A stretch of 64,000 nucleotides of DNA from Amphiscolops sp. MND2022 (Eukaryota): the NCBI GenBank assembly GCA_964187785.1, contig OZ076415.1, positions 40,424,001 to 40,488,000 on the forward strand. Reading direction: 5' to 3'. Under the pieces are notes generated by a model. The model searched no databases and was not told where the DNA came from. It saw nothing but the letters and a program-made list of their open reading frames with translations. Below, piece by piece: positions 38,301 through 51,287 of the stretch. Positions within the stretch are counted from its first letter, which is position 1, and the number at the start of each line of letters is the position of its first letter. Both the position numbers and the translations under genes were made by a program.

Positions 38301-40625
38301 AATCTCAAAAAAAATTTCACTGAAAATTTCAGAATATTGACACAGAAATGTTGACATTTTGGACTTTTTGCGGTCAGTTTTCAACCAGTTTCCTTTAAAA
38401 GCCTAAGGTATCATGAGTTCAGTTTTTATTTACCGGTTGCCAATATTCCGACTCCAAAACGATATAAAAAACACACATATTGCACAATAATGTAGATTTT
38501 GAAGTTTTTCGACTCCGTTGGAGTCATTTGACGCAAAACACAACAAGGTTCTCTTCGAAGAGTGTATTGCATAGCTCGTTCTTTTGTTGTTGAGTTGATT
38601 GTGCTAGAATTGAGAACGAAATCTCTCAGAAAATGTACAGAAATTGCATCAAAAACGACAAATATTTCAAATTTTTACACATTTCATGGCATTTTCTTTA
38701 ACAAATTGTCTCGTGACAAAAGCTCATCATCGAATCAACAAGTTTGCGTATGCCATAGCTGTTTTAACATTCTAGTCTATGAAAAGTATCGAAATTATCA
38801 CAAAAAATGAATAAAAGTAGAAAAAATCGGAAATTTTTTGAAACTTTGTCTTTTTCGATGTCAATTTCGGACAATTTTTGTTTGAAAAACAGCTTTTATC
38901 TTCTTTCTAAGCATACTGGACAACACATTCTTTCGTTTTCGACCCTTTTTAACGTTCCAATTGACGAAGTCTGTCGGAAATTTGGAAAAAATGCCAAAAA
39001 TTTTTGAAAAAAGGAAAAGTTTGAGATTTTTGTCATTTTCTGTGTCCATTGGAGACCTTTTCATTCAAAAGATTGGGGTTATCTCTTCTTTAAAGACTAC
39101 TGGACGTACCAACTTGTTCATTGCTGACCTTTCAAAACATTTCAAGCCACGAAATCTGTCGAAACTTCAACAAAAATGCAGGAAGCCTTTGAAAATTGGA
39201 AACTTTTTTTTTGGTTTTTCGCCATTTTCGGTGTCAATTTGAGACGTTGTCACTTAGAAAACTGCAATAAACTCTTCGGAAAAGCCTACTGACTAATACA
39301 TTGTTTCCTTGTTGAATCTTTCCATTGTTCCAATCCACAAAATTTGTAGAAAATTCGGCAAAAATGCATAAAACTTTTGAAAATTTGGAAATTTTTAGCT
39401 TTTTGTCAATTTCGGTGCCAATTTCAGACACTTTCATGCGGAACATTGCAATTGTCTCTGGACAAAAGACTGCTGGACAACAAATTTTTTCCTTAATGAT
39501 CCTTTAAAACTTTCCAATTTACGAAGTCTGTAGAAACTTCAACAAAAAAGACATAAAAAGAAAGAAAGATGAAAACTTTAGGTTTTTTATTTTCGGTGTC
39601 AATTTGAGACATTTTCATTTAGGAAAATGAAATAAACGCTTTGGAAAAGCCTACTGGGGCAACAAAGTAGTTCCATGTTGAGCGTCTTCAACATTATAAT
39701 CCACCAAGCTTATCGAAGCCTATTAAACTATTCGAGAACAAATTCTTGCCATGCTGAACCTTTTCACCATTTTAATCCGAGATATCTATCGAAATATTGA
39801 CAAAAATTGCATTTAAACGTGAAAAAAAATTAGAAACTTGTGCAAATTTCTTCATTTTTGGGGTAATTTTTGTGTCTTTCTGGGGTCCTTATGGTCCTTG
39901 GAGTCAACTGAAAAAAGTCCGGAAATCTCCACAAATACAAATCGCACGAAGCTAAAATTATGTGAGTTGAATTCTACGGGTAACACCCTTAAAAGTAACT
40001 ATAAATTTGGTGCTTGGCAAGTTTTGTAAAAAAACGTTTGATTTAAAGATTTTTCTTTTCCAGTTGAAATAAGGGCACAATAACGCTTAACGCAAGGCTC
40101 CAGAATGCTGCTGTTTCTCTTGTGACATACTACGAACCACTGGCTCAGTAGATTCCGGCCACTGACTCGAAAAATTTACTGAACCTAGATCAATTCTTTG
40201 TTTCATTGAGGTAGCGCATGGGGAAATTTTTTTGTTTACAAAGCGAAAGCAAAACGTTTCCAGATGCCTATTGATGGTCCACAACTATTGAACACTTAAT
40301 TCAAAAAATTCGGCAACCCAAAAATTGTGTTACCAAAACGGCAACACTTCTGCCAATTCCATCTAAAATTGTACTTGACTATGCTTATTGTATTCAAACT
40401 CAGCAGACGTTTAACGAAGTGTTGGAAAATAACATGTTTTCACAGAAAAAACTTCATAACGTAGCTTCTGGAAATGTGTTTTCTTCTACTAAGTTCAATT
40501 GTGGATGCATAAAACTGAAAATTCCACTGCATTTTTCTCAAATAATGACTATGAAACAAATTGGCATGTTGTTCACGATATCAACCGACGTAAAAAGTCA
40601 AATTTTGTCAAAAAAACCCGCATAT
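35358..40625 (-). mobile_element. Large non-coding Helentron-like element, copy A (far end truncated or rearranged)
   Basis: Starts GACGCCCGCTGAGCAACGAGATATTTTCCGCCC like copies B and C; colinear with them; internal ~185-bp tandem units. Confidence 0.75.
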
Positions 40626-41174
40626 TTTTGACGAAGATGACACGTCGTTCTATCTCGCCTTGCTGTTGCATTCAATGAGCGTATTCGCAATGGAGCAATG
40701 TCGCGCGTCGAGCGCGCGTCGATTGTATAAAAATCATTCGCGTAAAACGCTGAAGGTCACGCGTTCTTGGGCAACTTAAGCAATCTGGCATTTCTTTTTG
40801 TAAGTTGCGGTTTCATATTTGTGATAGGAGCCGATAGAGCTCAAATAAATCTCCCATGAATTGACAACATTGAAAACAAAATTCATTCTCTGAAACCTCA
40901 GAAGAAATGCAGATGACCGTGGCATTGCGGAAGCGCGAGGGTTTAATAACCAATACTAACAAGATGCTCCAAACACACCGCGCGAATACAATTGTTATTA
41001 TTTTCATCCGACAGAGAACGAGCCCTGGTTGTCCACTGCGGATATTCTCAATGCATTCACTGTTTGTTATTTTGCTGGTCGTGCTTATATGTGATAGGAG
41101 ATCTTGACCCATGAGAGAATTTAGCGTGAGGTTATGTGAGTAGGAGTAGTTAATTTTGCCCATTTTCGCGGGGT

Positions 41175-41335
41175 GGTACGGTACCATATTTTCAGCCAAG
41201 TGATCAAGCAATGGTGGGCTTGAAGCTGTGGTTTCAAAAGGGCTTGCTCAAGGTCACAAAGGTCTGACTACTCAACGTTGCTCTTTTTGTTTTGCTTTTC
41301 CTCCGCTAAATGTGTTATTTTTTTGTCATTGACCA
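41175..41335 (+). repeat. Dispersed repeat with an inverted copy at 58635-58775
   Basis: CAAGTGATCAAGCAATGGTGGGCTTGAAGCTGTGGTTTCAAA... matches the reverse complement of 58635-58775. Confidence 0.75.
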
Positions 41336-41452
41336 TACCACTACGCTAGGGATAAAGGACTTGCTTAAGGACCAACAATGGTGAGTTGAGAGAGATTCGA
41401 ACATGCTACCGCCCAGTACAGGCCGAATGCTCTAACCACTACGCCATTGCTC
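41335..41452 (-). mobile_element. tRNA-headed SINE with a CORE-like segment
   Basis: A box TGGCGTAGTGG, B box TGTTCGAATCT, then GGTCCTTAAGCAAGTCCTTTATCCCT. Confidence 0.55.
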
Positions 41453-44400
41453 CCCTCCCCCAACATATTAAAAGGTTTTGTGGGAGCGTTCTACCAGCTG
41501 GTGTCATCAAAAAAAGGTGGTGTCATCATCAGCTGGTGTCATCATCGAACACAACTTTTAGCAAAAACACAAGATGATCGTACTTCCAACCAATCTCTAA
41601 GAGTCACTGGAAAGCAATACTATTTTAATCTGTGATCCAGTCCGAACAACATTATCAGGATCTAAAACCGTCTTTCAGATAGCTAATTGTACTAAGGCTT
41701 ACAATGCAAAGCTGACAAGATGATAAGATGAAAAAACCTAATTGCGCGCAGGACATTAAGCCTGTTTTACTAGTGTGTGCAAAAACCAGTCCTAATGAGA
41801 AAACTTATTCCTAAGAAACTTAAGCGGAGTGCATTGTAGAGGATGGATATTACCAGAACTATTTTGCCAACCAATTGTTTGAAAAAATGTTCAAAAATTG
41901 TACAAAAGGTTTGAATATGTGTAGAAGTAATATGTTGAAAATCTGTGATATTGGAAGATTTCTGTAAATAGTTAAAATTTTGCTTGCAAAACTTTTTCAC
42001 TCAAAACCATTTTTAATTGTTGTCAATGATAGCAATCATTGCACAATTAACGACAAATGTCAAGATAAATTGACAATGCCTAATAGATAAGCTCAAATCC
42101 TCATTTTTTATAGAACATAATTACCGATTACAAAATTTATGACGACGAAATTTCCCACGACGAAACTTCGAACGACGAAACTTTTGGTAATCAAAATTTT
42201 GATCATCAACGGAGAGACAAGACAAAGCAAGGCAGTGACACTTCACTTCTATGGAAGCTCGCAAGAGAAGCATCAAAGTGCGTAAGAGCTTATAAGTAAA
42301 TATAGGAAGAATATGGAAAGTTATGTGTTCTAGATATCAATTAGTTGGCCCAATGAACCGACTTATAGTTTTTTCGATCGAGTTTGGTTTCAGAAGATTT
42401 TGACTTTAAAAACTATGACAAAAAATTCAAGCTTTCACTTTGATTGCTTTTTTCGGAATGAAATTTGAATTACTGGATGTGTTCTCAGTCTTTTTGTTTT
42501 TGAGTTGAGAAAATTACTTCGATTTTGCTTCTGTGTATTACTGAAAATTCAAATGTGAAAAAAGGCTTGATTTGCGGTTTTTTCAAACCGCAATAATTCC
42601 AATCTGGGTAAAAGTTAAAGTTGGTCATCTCAAAAAAATTTAAGAAGACGTGAAAAAAACTTACCTTAGCTGTGAAAAAGAAAGCGGTTGCATTTTATCG
42701 TCAATTTGGGACTCTTCTTTCTCAGAGGCGGCTTCTGTGGGAAAGTAATCAGGCAGTCAGAAAGGTAGGTAGGGGTGGGAGGAACAATTTAAGCAGACTG
42801 AGGAGGCAAATCAGGGAAGGCTGTTTAAAACATTTTGTAAAAATCTAGCAAATAAGAAGCAATGCTTAGGAAAAATAGGCTCCAGTTAGAAGCTCAAACA
42901 AGCATTATTGTTTTGAGAAGCTTGCCCTGATGCACGCACAAGCAATAGGTTTCGAAGCTGTGCACAGTAAAACGGATTTATTAAAAATGGATCCTCGACT
43001 GGCGGTTTAGTGAAAAGTAATTTAGCAAAATCCAAGCAAATTGGGTCTGCGAGCGGGGACTGTGCAATAGCGAGAAGCAGAAAAAATAAACGCAAAGAGG
43101 AAGTGTTAATAGACTTAGAAAAAAGGACAAAGCTTTGAACTCGATAAAACTGAACAGTGCTATAAGATTACTGGGATAGCAAATTTATTATTATTCATGC
43201 TAAGAGCATGAAACAAGGAAGATATTAGGAACGCATTATAAATAGCTGGAAAATTGTGTTTTGTTTTTTGTATTGCGAATCAACGCGGGCGCAGGCGCAG
43301 AACAGGAGAGCTCAGACTGTAGAGGTAGTACCAGTAGTTCTTCTTGTTGTGATGGGGTGGTTGGTAAGAGTAAGCACTGACATCACTTAGTAGGGGATAA
43401 TTCTCAATCTAAGCTACAAGCGAGGCAGGCAGGCAGACTACGGCCATTGCTGCTACTACTGCTACGTTACTATGTTACAACTGGAGAAACAAAAAGCAGG
43501 CAAAAGAAAGGAGATATCTGTTGGTCCGCTAGACCATCCAATATGTGCCGATGCAACTACGTCTGTGTCTACTAGGCAAAAGGTAAGGGTAACGAACGGA
43601 GGGTAATGGGCGCAACCGAGGAACAGTTTTGATATTGCAGAAGATGCAAAAAGAAGGAATGGAGAAAAATAGTGGGAAAAGAGATGGATGATATTGTATG
43701 AGAATCCGAATTCGGGATGTGGGGTATTAGCAGGGGTCCAGAAATCGTCCTCGTTTGGATGTCAGCTCAAGACGCCAGGGAATTGGCAAAGAAGAGCTAA
43801 CTACTGGATGATATTGTGCGGGAAAATTGGGAATGAAAAGAAGAAAACAGGGAAAAGAAGATGGAGACTGCGGGAGATGTAGGAAACAGTTGGGGTTAGG
43901 TCTTTGAGATATATCAGTAGCTCAGCGGGAATCAATAGGTCAGGAGGTCAAGCTGGAATTGCGGGAGGGGGTCATCCGGTTTGTGTTTGACACAGCAGTG
44001 ATTTGGACCGTATTCATAATCTAGTTATTAAATTTTTCATTGTCATCATTCATCATCAAGAGTACGTCTATCGCATACAGTGCAACGTTGTTGCCGTCCC
44101 ATGGAGTAAAATACTTTGCATAACAAGGTCAAGCTTGGGGGATTTTAAGGAAGAGCGAGGTTTGAATCCAATTTCACTTGCCGCGGGCTAGAAATGAAAT
44201 AAGTGCCGTTGGGAGATATGTTAAACAGCAGCGGCAATAATGTATGGATCTCGCTTGTCACGATGACGTTGAACGGAATTAGAAATAGGAATATGGCAGT
44301 GGAGCTGTATAGTAGTAGTAGTTGTACAGTACCTCCAATACCAGTAGTGGTGCTTCTAGTGAAATTGGAAGTACAGTTGTTGGAAAAAGAAAAGCTATCA

Positions 44401-46480
44401 ATGAACAGGCCACTGAAGAGTGGTTCCTATGCCACAAGATGGTGGATACTAGCTGCTACTTTCTTAGACATCTGTAGGAAAAAACAGAGTGCTATGAAAA
44501 ACAGAGGGAGCCGATTGAAAAAAATGAGAAAGAAAGAAAATAATTAGAATTCAACAACAGCGAATAATATTCGCATTACAATCACAGCCAAGCGCGGTGG
44601 ATGCGGTGATTGTTCTGAGTTTCTGCACTTTCTGAGGTTATTTTGCGATGGCAACGGCAGCGGCGGCTGGGAATGTAATTGCGGCGCACCGCGTCGCTTA
44701 CATCAACTCTTTATTTTCTCTTTTTTCTCGCACCTTCCAACGTAGGCAAAAATACCTGTAGATGGGGAAAAACAGAACACCTTCTCTGAATGTTGTTTAG
44801 AAGCTTTCTTCTTTTCAATCTCAATTTCATCACTTTTTTCACAATTCACGCCGCGCCGTTTATCCGTCTTTCCTTCCTAGCTACTTCCTCCTTCATTCCT
44901 TATCCCATATATCAAATGACCCCTCCCCGCATACTCATCAGCCCCCGCCTTTCATTGAAAAATTCCTTGCTCTGTCTCTCCTATCTCCCATTTCCGACCG
45001 CTGTCTGGAATTTCGGTCCAGCTCAGCCAGACATAAACCTGGACTACATTCTTCAATATTTGCGACCAGCGGTGGCTTAATTTAGGAACATATACATTAA
45101 ATAAACCGCTAAATGGTGCAACTAAACGCGCAAATTTTTGCTCTTACGTTCAAACTGACAGATGAGAAAAAGCCCCTGGAGAAGTTGATCACGTGTTACA
45201 GTCACGTGAGGTAGAAAAGGTGTGATCAATTCCCAAATCTAGTCGTAAGGAAAAAAAGGAAGGTTGCTTTGCGAAACGCACATCCCCGAAACAAATAAAA
45301 AAACAATATTTCCTAAATGAACACAGAAAAAACACAGAACAAAAATGAAACTTGTCTAGTACATGCGGAGCCATTTGTAATGAATTTATGAAATCGTTCC
45401 ATATATTGTGTAAAACCTTGAGCCCAATTTGGTAGGCTTCTGTAATTTTTTTCTTGAATCCAATCTAAGCTTTCACAAAAAACAGGCCTTTTCTGACGCA
45501 ATGTCAGAGAATATAAAAGCATCAAACGGCAGTTTTTGCAGAGCTAGCATGTATGCACTTTAGAAACGCGTTGCTTTCAAATTTAATTGAATGTTTATGA
45601 AGCTGTCAAATTTCTCGAGCGCATTTTTTACACCAAGCTGACGACAGTTCAGGAAGGATGACGCTTTTACGATTAAACAAAAACGGTTTTTTTCTAAGAG
45701 AAATGAATTTTAAATATTAGGAACATTTTATGCGGTTTTCACGCCATTCTATGCCTTATTCGTTGTTGTTTGTTTTCAGTTGCCTCGGAATAAAAATCAT
45801 CGTTGGAATAATAATCACGCCTGTCAAAGACTAAAAAACAACACATTGTAACGAAAAAAGACTTCTTTGATTCACATGTTACACAACATGCAAACGTGGT
45901 AGTCACTCAGAAAAAGTAGTAAATATAACTATTAAAACTACTTGTACTAGGTGCTAAACAATTGGTACAGTTATCGACCTTAGCATACCACTATATGGAG
46001 TGATAGACCAGATGAAGAACATCAGACCAAGGTTTTGGACAGTTATGTACCTTGTCCTAATGAGACAATGAATTTTCGTTTCGTGTTTAAAAATCAGTTT
46101 CACATCTTGGCTTCTCCTCGGGAACATACAGGAAGTTTTTGCAACGGCAATTTTGATGAAGTGATGAAGTTTCAAGTACCCGAAGTGGACCGTAAGTCCT
46201 GTGTATAACACGTAAACAAGTCCTTCCTGCAAATCTGGAGGTTCCTTTTGTAATTTACACCAAGCATTCATAAGCTTAGGTGTTGTCCTGCAATTCTGGA
46301 GGATATAGCAACAAAATACCCAGACAACATGTCTCAGCTTAAACGTTTTAGTCTTAACTCAGTTTCAACTTCGACTTGTGTCGTTTCTGCACACAATGAG
46401 TGATGGGACGTACCAAACTTCAACAGTGTTTTTGCCTCGACCAGCTGTGATCTATCTATGCTTCGTGTATTTCAATTGAA

Positions 46481-47225
46481 GGCCTAGCAGGATTAGGCAA
46501 ACATTAGATGTAGAGATACGCCTTGAGAAAAATTGTCGTGAAAAACCAGGCCATAGCTGTGGACAAGATTTCAAAAGCTGTCGAAAGGTAGGGTCTGATT
46601 ACTCTATATTTTCTCAAAATTTCTTCTTGTATCGTTTTTGTATCTGTTTTGAGTTCTGCCGAAGAGTTCGATTTGAATCCATATTTAATATCGAACTTAA
46701 ACTCCCGCATCAGTTTTTCAGGAGCCCAAAAGCATCTTCGGCTACTTCAAGGGCCCTGGAAGCAGGATAATAGCTTCCCCACAGTTCTTTAGAATGTCTC
46801 GGATACCCTCACAGAAATTATCGCTTATCCCAAAAAAGGTCTTAGGTACTCGAAGGGGAAACTGGAACAAAGATCAAACTATTCAGGTTTCCATCATATA
46901 CTATAGCAAGGTTTTCGAAACTTTGAGTCAACAACATAATTTTCATTTATAGGATCCGAAATTTGAAGCGTTTTTGAATAGCATAATCGTAAAAATACCG
47001 AGAAACTTCTATAAAGCAATGACATGTGCCAGAGATGTCAATCACTTTTTGGATTTATAAATTCAATAAGAACAATAATATTCTTATAATAATCAAAGTT
47101 ATAAAGTACCAAGAAAATAGTGAAATATTCGGAATAAGAAATCATTATTGTCTTCCTCTTTTGGATTTTTGGCTCTATTAGATTGAGACACTTTTGAAAA
47201 AATATTCCTTGATGCTTTGAAGTTT
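46481..47225 (-). pseudogene. Decayed partial direct duplicate of the DCST terminal exon and adjacent intron
   Basis: 46481-46504 matches 53191-53214, then joins (about 385 bp missing) to a near-identical copy of 53600-54213 with two further small deletions, then continues into a copy of 58490-58632. Confidence 0.85.
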
Positions 47226-47346
47226 TTTGCTCTTTTTGAACCTTGAAGATGGCACCGACTTATGCTGTTTCCAGCTGGTTGATCAAAATGACGGAAACTG
47301 ACTTGTTCAGTGGCGACATCTTTGGCAAATTTTTGGAGCATTGTGA

Positions 47347-50300
47347 TTTTCCGCCCATATTTCATGTGGGAAAGGATAATGTTTAAATCAAACGTTTTTT
47401 TACAACATTTGCAAAGCACCAAATTTATATTTAACTTTAAGGGTGTTACCCATAGAATTCAACTCACATAAATTTAGCTTCGTGCGATTTGTATTTGTGG
47501 TGATTTCCGGACTTTTTTTGTTGACCCCAAAGACCCCAGAATGACCCAAAAATAACCAAAAAATGACCCCAAAAAGTTTTTTGACAAAATTTGAAACTTT
47601 ACGTCGGTTGATATCGTGAACAACATGCTGATTTGTTTCAAAGTCATTTTTTGAGAAAAATGCAGTGAAAACTTCAGTTTTATGCATCCACAATTGAACT
47701 TAGTAGCGGAAAACACATTTCCAGAAGCTACGTTATGAAGTTTTTTCTGTGAAAACATGTTATTTTCCAAAACTTCGTTGAACGTCTGCTGAGTTTGAAT
47801 ACAATAAGCATAGTCAAGTGGAATTTTAGATGGAATTGGCGGGAGTGTTGTCTTTTTGGTTACACATTTTTTGGGTTGCACAAATTTCTAAATTAAGTGT
47901 TCAATAGTTGTTGGACCATCAACTGGCATCTGGAAACGTTTTGATTTCTCTTTGTAAAGAAAAATTTCCCCGTGCGGTACCTCATTGAAACAAAGAATTG
48001 ATATAGGTTCAGTAAATTTTTCGAGTCAGTGGCCGGAATCTACTGAGCCAGTGGTTCGCCGTAGATGTCACAAGAGAAACATCAGCATTCTGAGCCTTGC
48101 GTTAAGCGTTATTTTGCGCGCATTTTTCAAATGGAAAAGGAAAATGTTTGAACCAAAGGTTTTTTTTACAAAAATTGCCAAGCACCAAATTTATTTTTTA
48201 ACTTCAAGGTGTTTGTTACTCACAACATTCAACTCACATAAACTCAGCTTCGAGCGATTTGTACTTGTGGAGATTTCTGTTTTTTTTATTTGACCCTAAG
48301 GACCCCAGAATGACCGAAAAATGACCCCCGAAAAGAGAAAATTTCCCGAAAAAATGTCCAATTTTTTACGTTTTAATCCAATTTTTGTCAATTTTTTGAT
48401 GGATGTCGTGGATTAGATTGTTGAAAAAGTTCGACAAGACAAGACTTTGTTGTGCAGTAGTCATTTATGAAGAGATAAACGCGGTTTTATTCTGGAAACA
48501 AAAGGACCCTAAAATGACAAAAAACGAAAATTTTCCCGATTATCAACGTTTTTTGCAAGTTTTGTCAAACTTTTGATTGACTTCGTGGATTAGAATAATG
48601 AAAATGCTCAACATGGCACAAATTTGTTGTCCAGTAGGCTTTTGCGACCAGATAATTGCTGTTGTCTAACTAAAAGGGTCTCAAATTGACACCGAAAAAG
48701 AGAAAAAACCCGAAGTTTTCCATTTCTAAAAATTTTTTTGCAACTTTTGTCAAATTGTCGACAGAATTAGAATATTGGAAAACTTAACCAAGGAAAGAGT
48801 TTATTGTCCACTAGGCTTTTCCGAAGAGTTTATTGCAGTTTTGCATTTGAAAAATGTTGCTTATTGGTACCAAAAAAACCCACAAATTTTCGAATTATTA
48901 AGGTTTTTATGCAATTTCTGTCAAAACTTTGAGAGACTCCGGAATGGAATGTTGAAAACGTTCATAAGGGTAAAAAATCGTTGTCCAGTATGCGTAGTAT
49001 GCTTAGTATGCTTAGTGAAGAGATAAATGCAGTTTTCCAAATGAAAAACGTCTGAAATTGACATCAAAAAAGAAAAAAATTCGAGAACTTTCTCAATTTT
49101 TGTTCGTTTTTTGTCTGTTTATCGATAGACTTCGTGGACTAGAATGCTAAAAACCCTAAACAATGGGAAATTTCGTTGTTTTGGTGTGCTTTCGTCAAGA
49201 GAATAGCTCAATTTGTTAAGAAAAACGCAAAAACGCCACAAAATGACTTGGGAATTGTCGTAAAGTTTGAAGAAATTGTAGTTTTTGATGCAATTTCTGT
49301 ACCATTTTCGCGGGATTTCGTTATAAACTCCAACACAATCAACAACGAAAGAACAAGCTATGCAGTACTTTTTTGTAGAGCACGTTGTAGCGGGTTGCTT
49401 CAAAAACACTTCAGAATGACGCCAAATGAGTTGAAAAGTTTCAACATCTTCACATTTTTATACAACTTGTGTACTTTTCGAATTGTTTTGGGGTTAGAAT
49501 GCTAACAAGCGTTCAACAAAGGTTGAAATCAGAATCCAGTGGGCTTCTAGAAAATTTTTAGCAGACTTCAATCGGAAAAAGGCCCAAAATTGACTGCAAA
49601 TTTTCAAAAAAGTTGAAGTTTTCGCCGCTTCCTGGCTTTGTCAGGGATTTTTCTTTGATATTGGGAAATTTCGTAGAGACGAAAGCTTCGAAAAGCTCCA
49701 GATTATAAAACTATGTCCTCAGCACGTTTTCAAAAGAAAATTTTGCATGTTTTTTGAAAGAAAATTTTCTCAGAATGACTCAAATAATGAAAAACGGAGA
49801 ATTCTCTTGTTTTTTAAAAAACATTTGAGGCAGTTTTCTGAACAATTTTCCTGCTCAGATTAGTTTTGAAAATTCAACAACGACTAATCCCGGTCTCCAA
49901 TAGGCAATTTGTCAAGATACAACTGCAATTTTTTGTGGAAATTGCCCTCAAAAGCACCCCAAAATTCACAACAAAAAAGAGCATTTTATCACAAATTATT
50001 ACCAATTTCTATTCAATTTTTTTGAAGAGTAGAGCTTCCAATGACCTAAGCGTTGGAACAATAAGGGTTTTTCGCGCAATTTCACACAAATTGTAAAAAA
50101 AGAAAGTTGAAGTTAATCGAGTTTACTAAAAAGTTGCCAAACTTTCCTGTTTTCCTCAAATTTCGACAATATAGTCCTAATTTTGGATCCTTTCCGAAAA
50201 CTCACCATCGTAAAACCCATAGGCTCACGATCGAAACAAATTACAGGTAGTGCTTCAAAAAGATATCAGACAACTTTCTTTGCACAACTTTCGAAAACTT

Positions 50301-51287
50301 CACTTGAAAACGTAAACTTCGTCCTCATTTGTCCACTATTCAATATTGAAAAACCTTCAAGCAAAATCACTACATATGGAGGACACCTTCCAAAGGAAAA
50401 TGTTTCGAGCTACTTCGTGGGTTAGAATGGCATAAACATTTAATAACAGCTAAACTCGTTGTCCACTAGGCTTAGTTTTTAAGAGACATCTGTAAATTCA
50501 TGTTCCTCAAATTGACACCAAAGTTGTCGAAAATATTTCCAATTTTGACAGTTCTGGTGAAACTATGTGCGATAATATAATAAACGGAGACGGGAAATCA
50601 AGTTGCTTGAATTTGAAATATTTCTAGTTCCAATTTTTTCCTAATTTCTCAGTGCCAAAAATTACCCCAAGGAATACACCTGAGACTCAGAAACCACTTT
50701 TGCCCCAACAGGAACTAGAAAAAAATCCATTTTTTGAAACTACCTTCGGTAGAATCTTTTGATGGCGAAACGAGTTTCAGCTCGCAAAACTACTTTTCTC
50801 AAGCCTAAATCTGCAATGAAAGCAAGAGGTACTCTTTGACCAAATGAAAGTTTCGGAAAGACGCACAGAGGCAAAAACACTGAACAGAGGTAATTTCTAC
50901 AATCAATAAGAAACCTCGTCAGTTCCATTTGACCAAAAGTAACAAAGAAGTCACCCTCACGACTCAGGAAACCTATTTCCGTTACAGAAAACCTCAAAAA
51001 CTAAAAATTGCGAAAAATGTTATTTGAAAATTATTTTCCATGAATTTGTTGAAAATTTTCTCTTTTCTCGGTAAGTCGCATAGTGCCGAAAAAAAAACGA
51101 AAAGTGGCAAGCTATTCCAGAAATACTAAATTAGAGGTTTCCTTTAAAATGGGGTTCTATGAATCATAGCTTTCTTTTCTTCGAACTTCTATGCGTTTTT
51201 ATGGTGAATTGGCCATTCTTGAGCCTCAAATTTGTGTAGTTGTAAAACAGTTTGGGGCGGGAAATATCTCGCTGCTCAGCGGGCGTC
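47347..51287 (+). mobile_element. Large non-coding Helentron-like element, copy B (inverted relative to A and C)
   Basis: TTTTCCGCCC at 47347-47356; GGGCGGGAAA followed by hairpin CGCTG-CT-CAGCG and GGCGTC|TTGTT at the right end. Confidence 0.8.

Noticed and set aside
40813-41211. GPCR TM6-TM7-like fragment
   Set aside because: Only vague similarity (KIITIVF..CVW), without CWxP or NPxxY; no supporting exons found.
44560-44580. CRESS-virus origin stem-loop
   Set aside because: The palindrome lacks an intact TAATATTAC or TAGTATTAC nonanucleotide in the loop, and no Rep motifs are nearby.
46080-46480. PDGF/VEGF-like cystine knot on the minus strand (HQNCRC)
   Set aside because: The signature PxCxxxxRCxGCC is absent and the pieces are in different frames.
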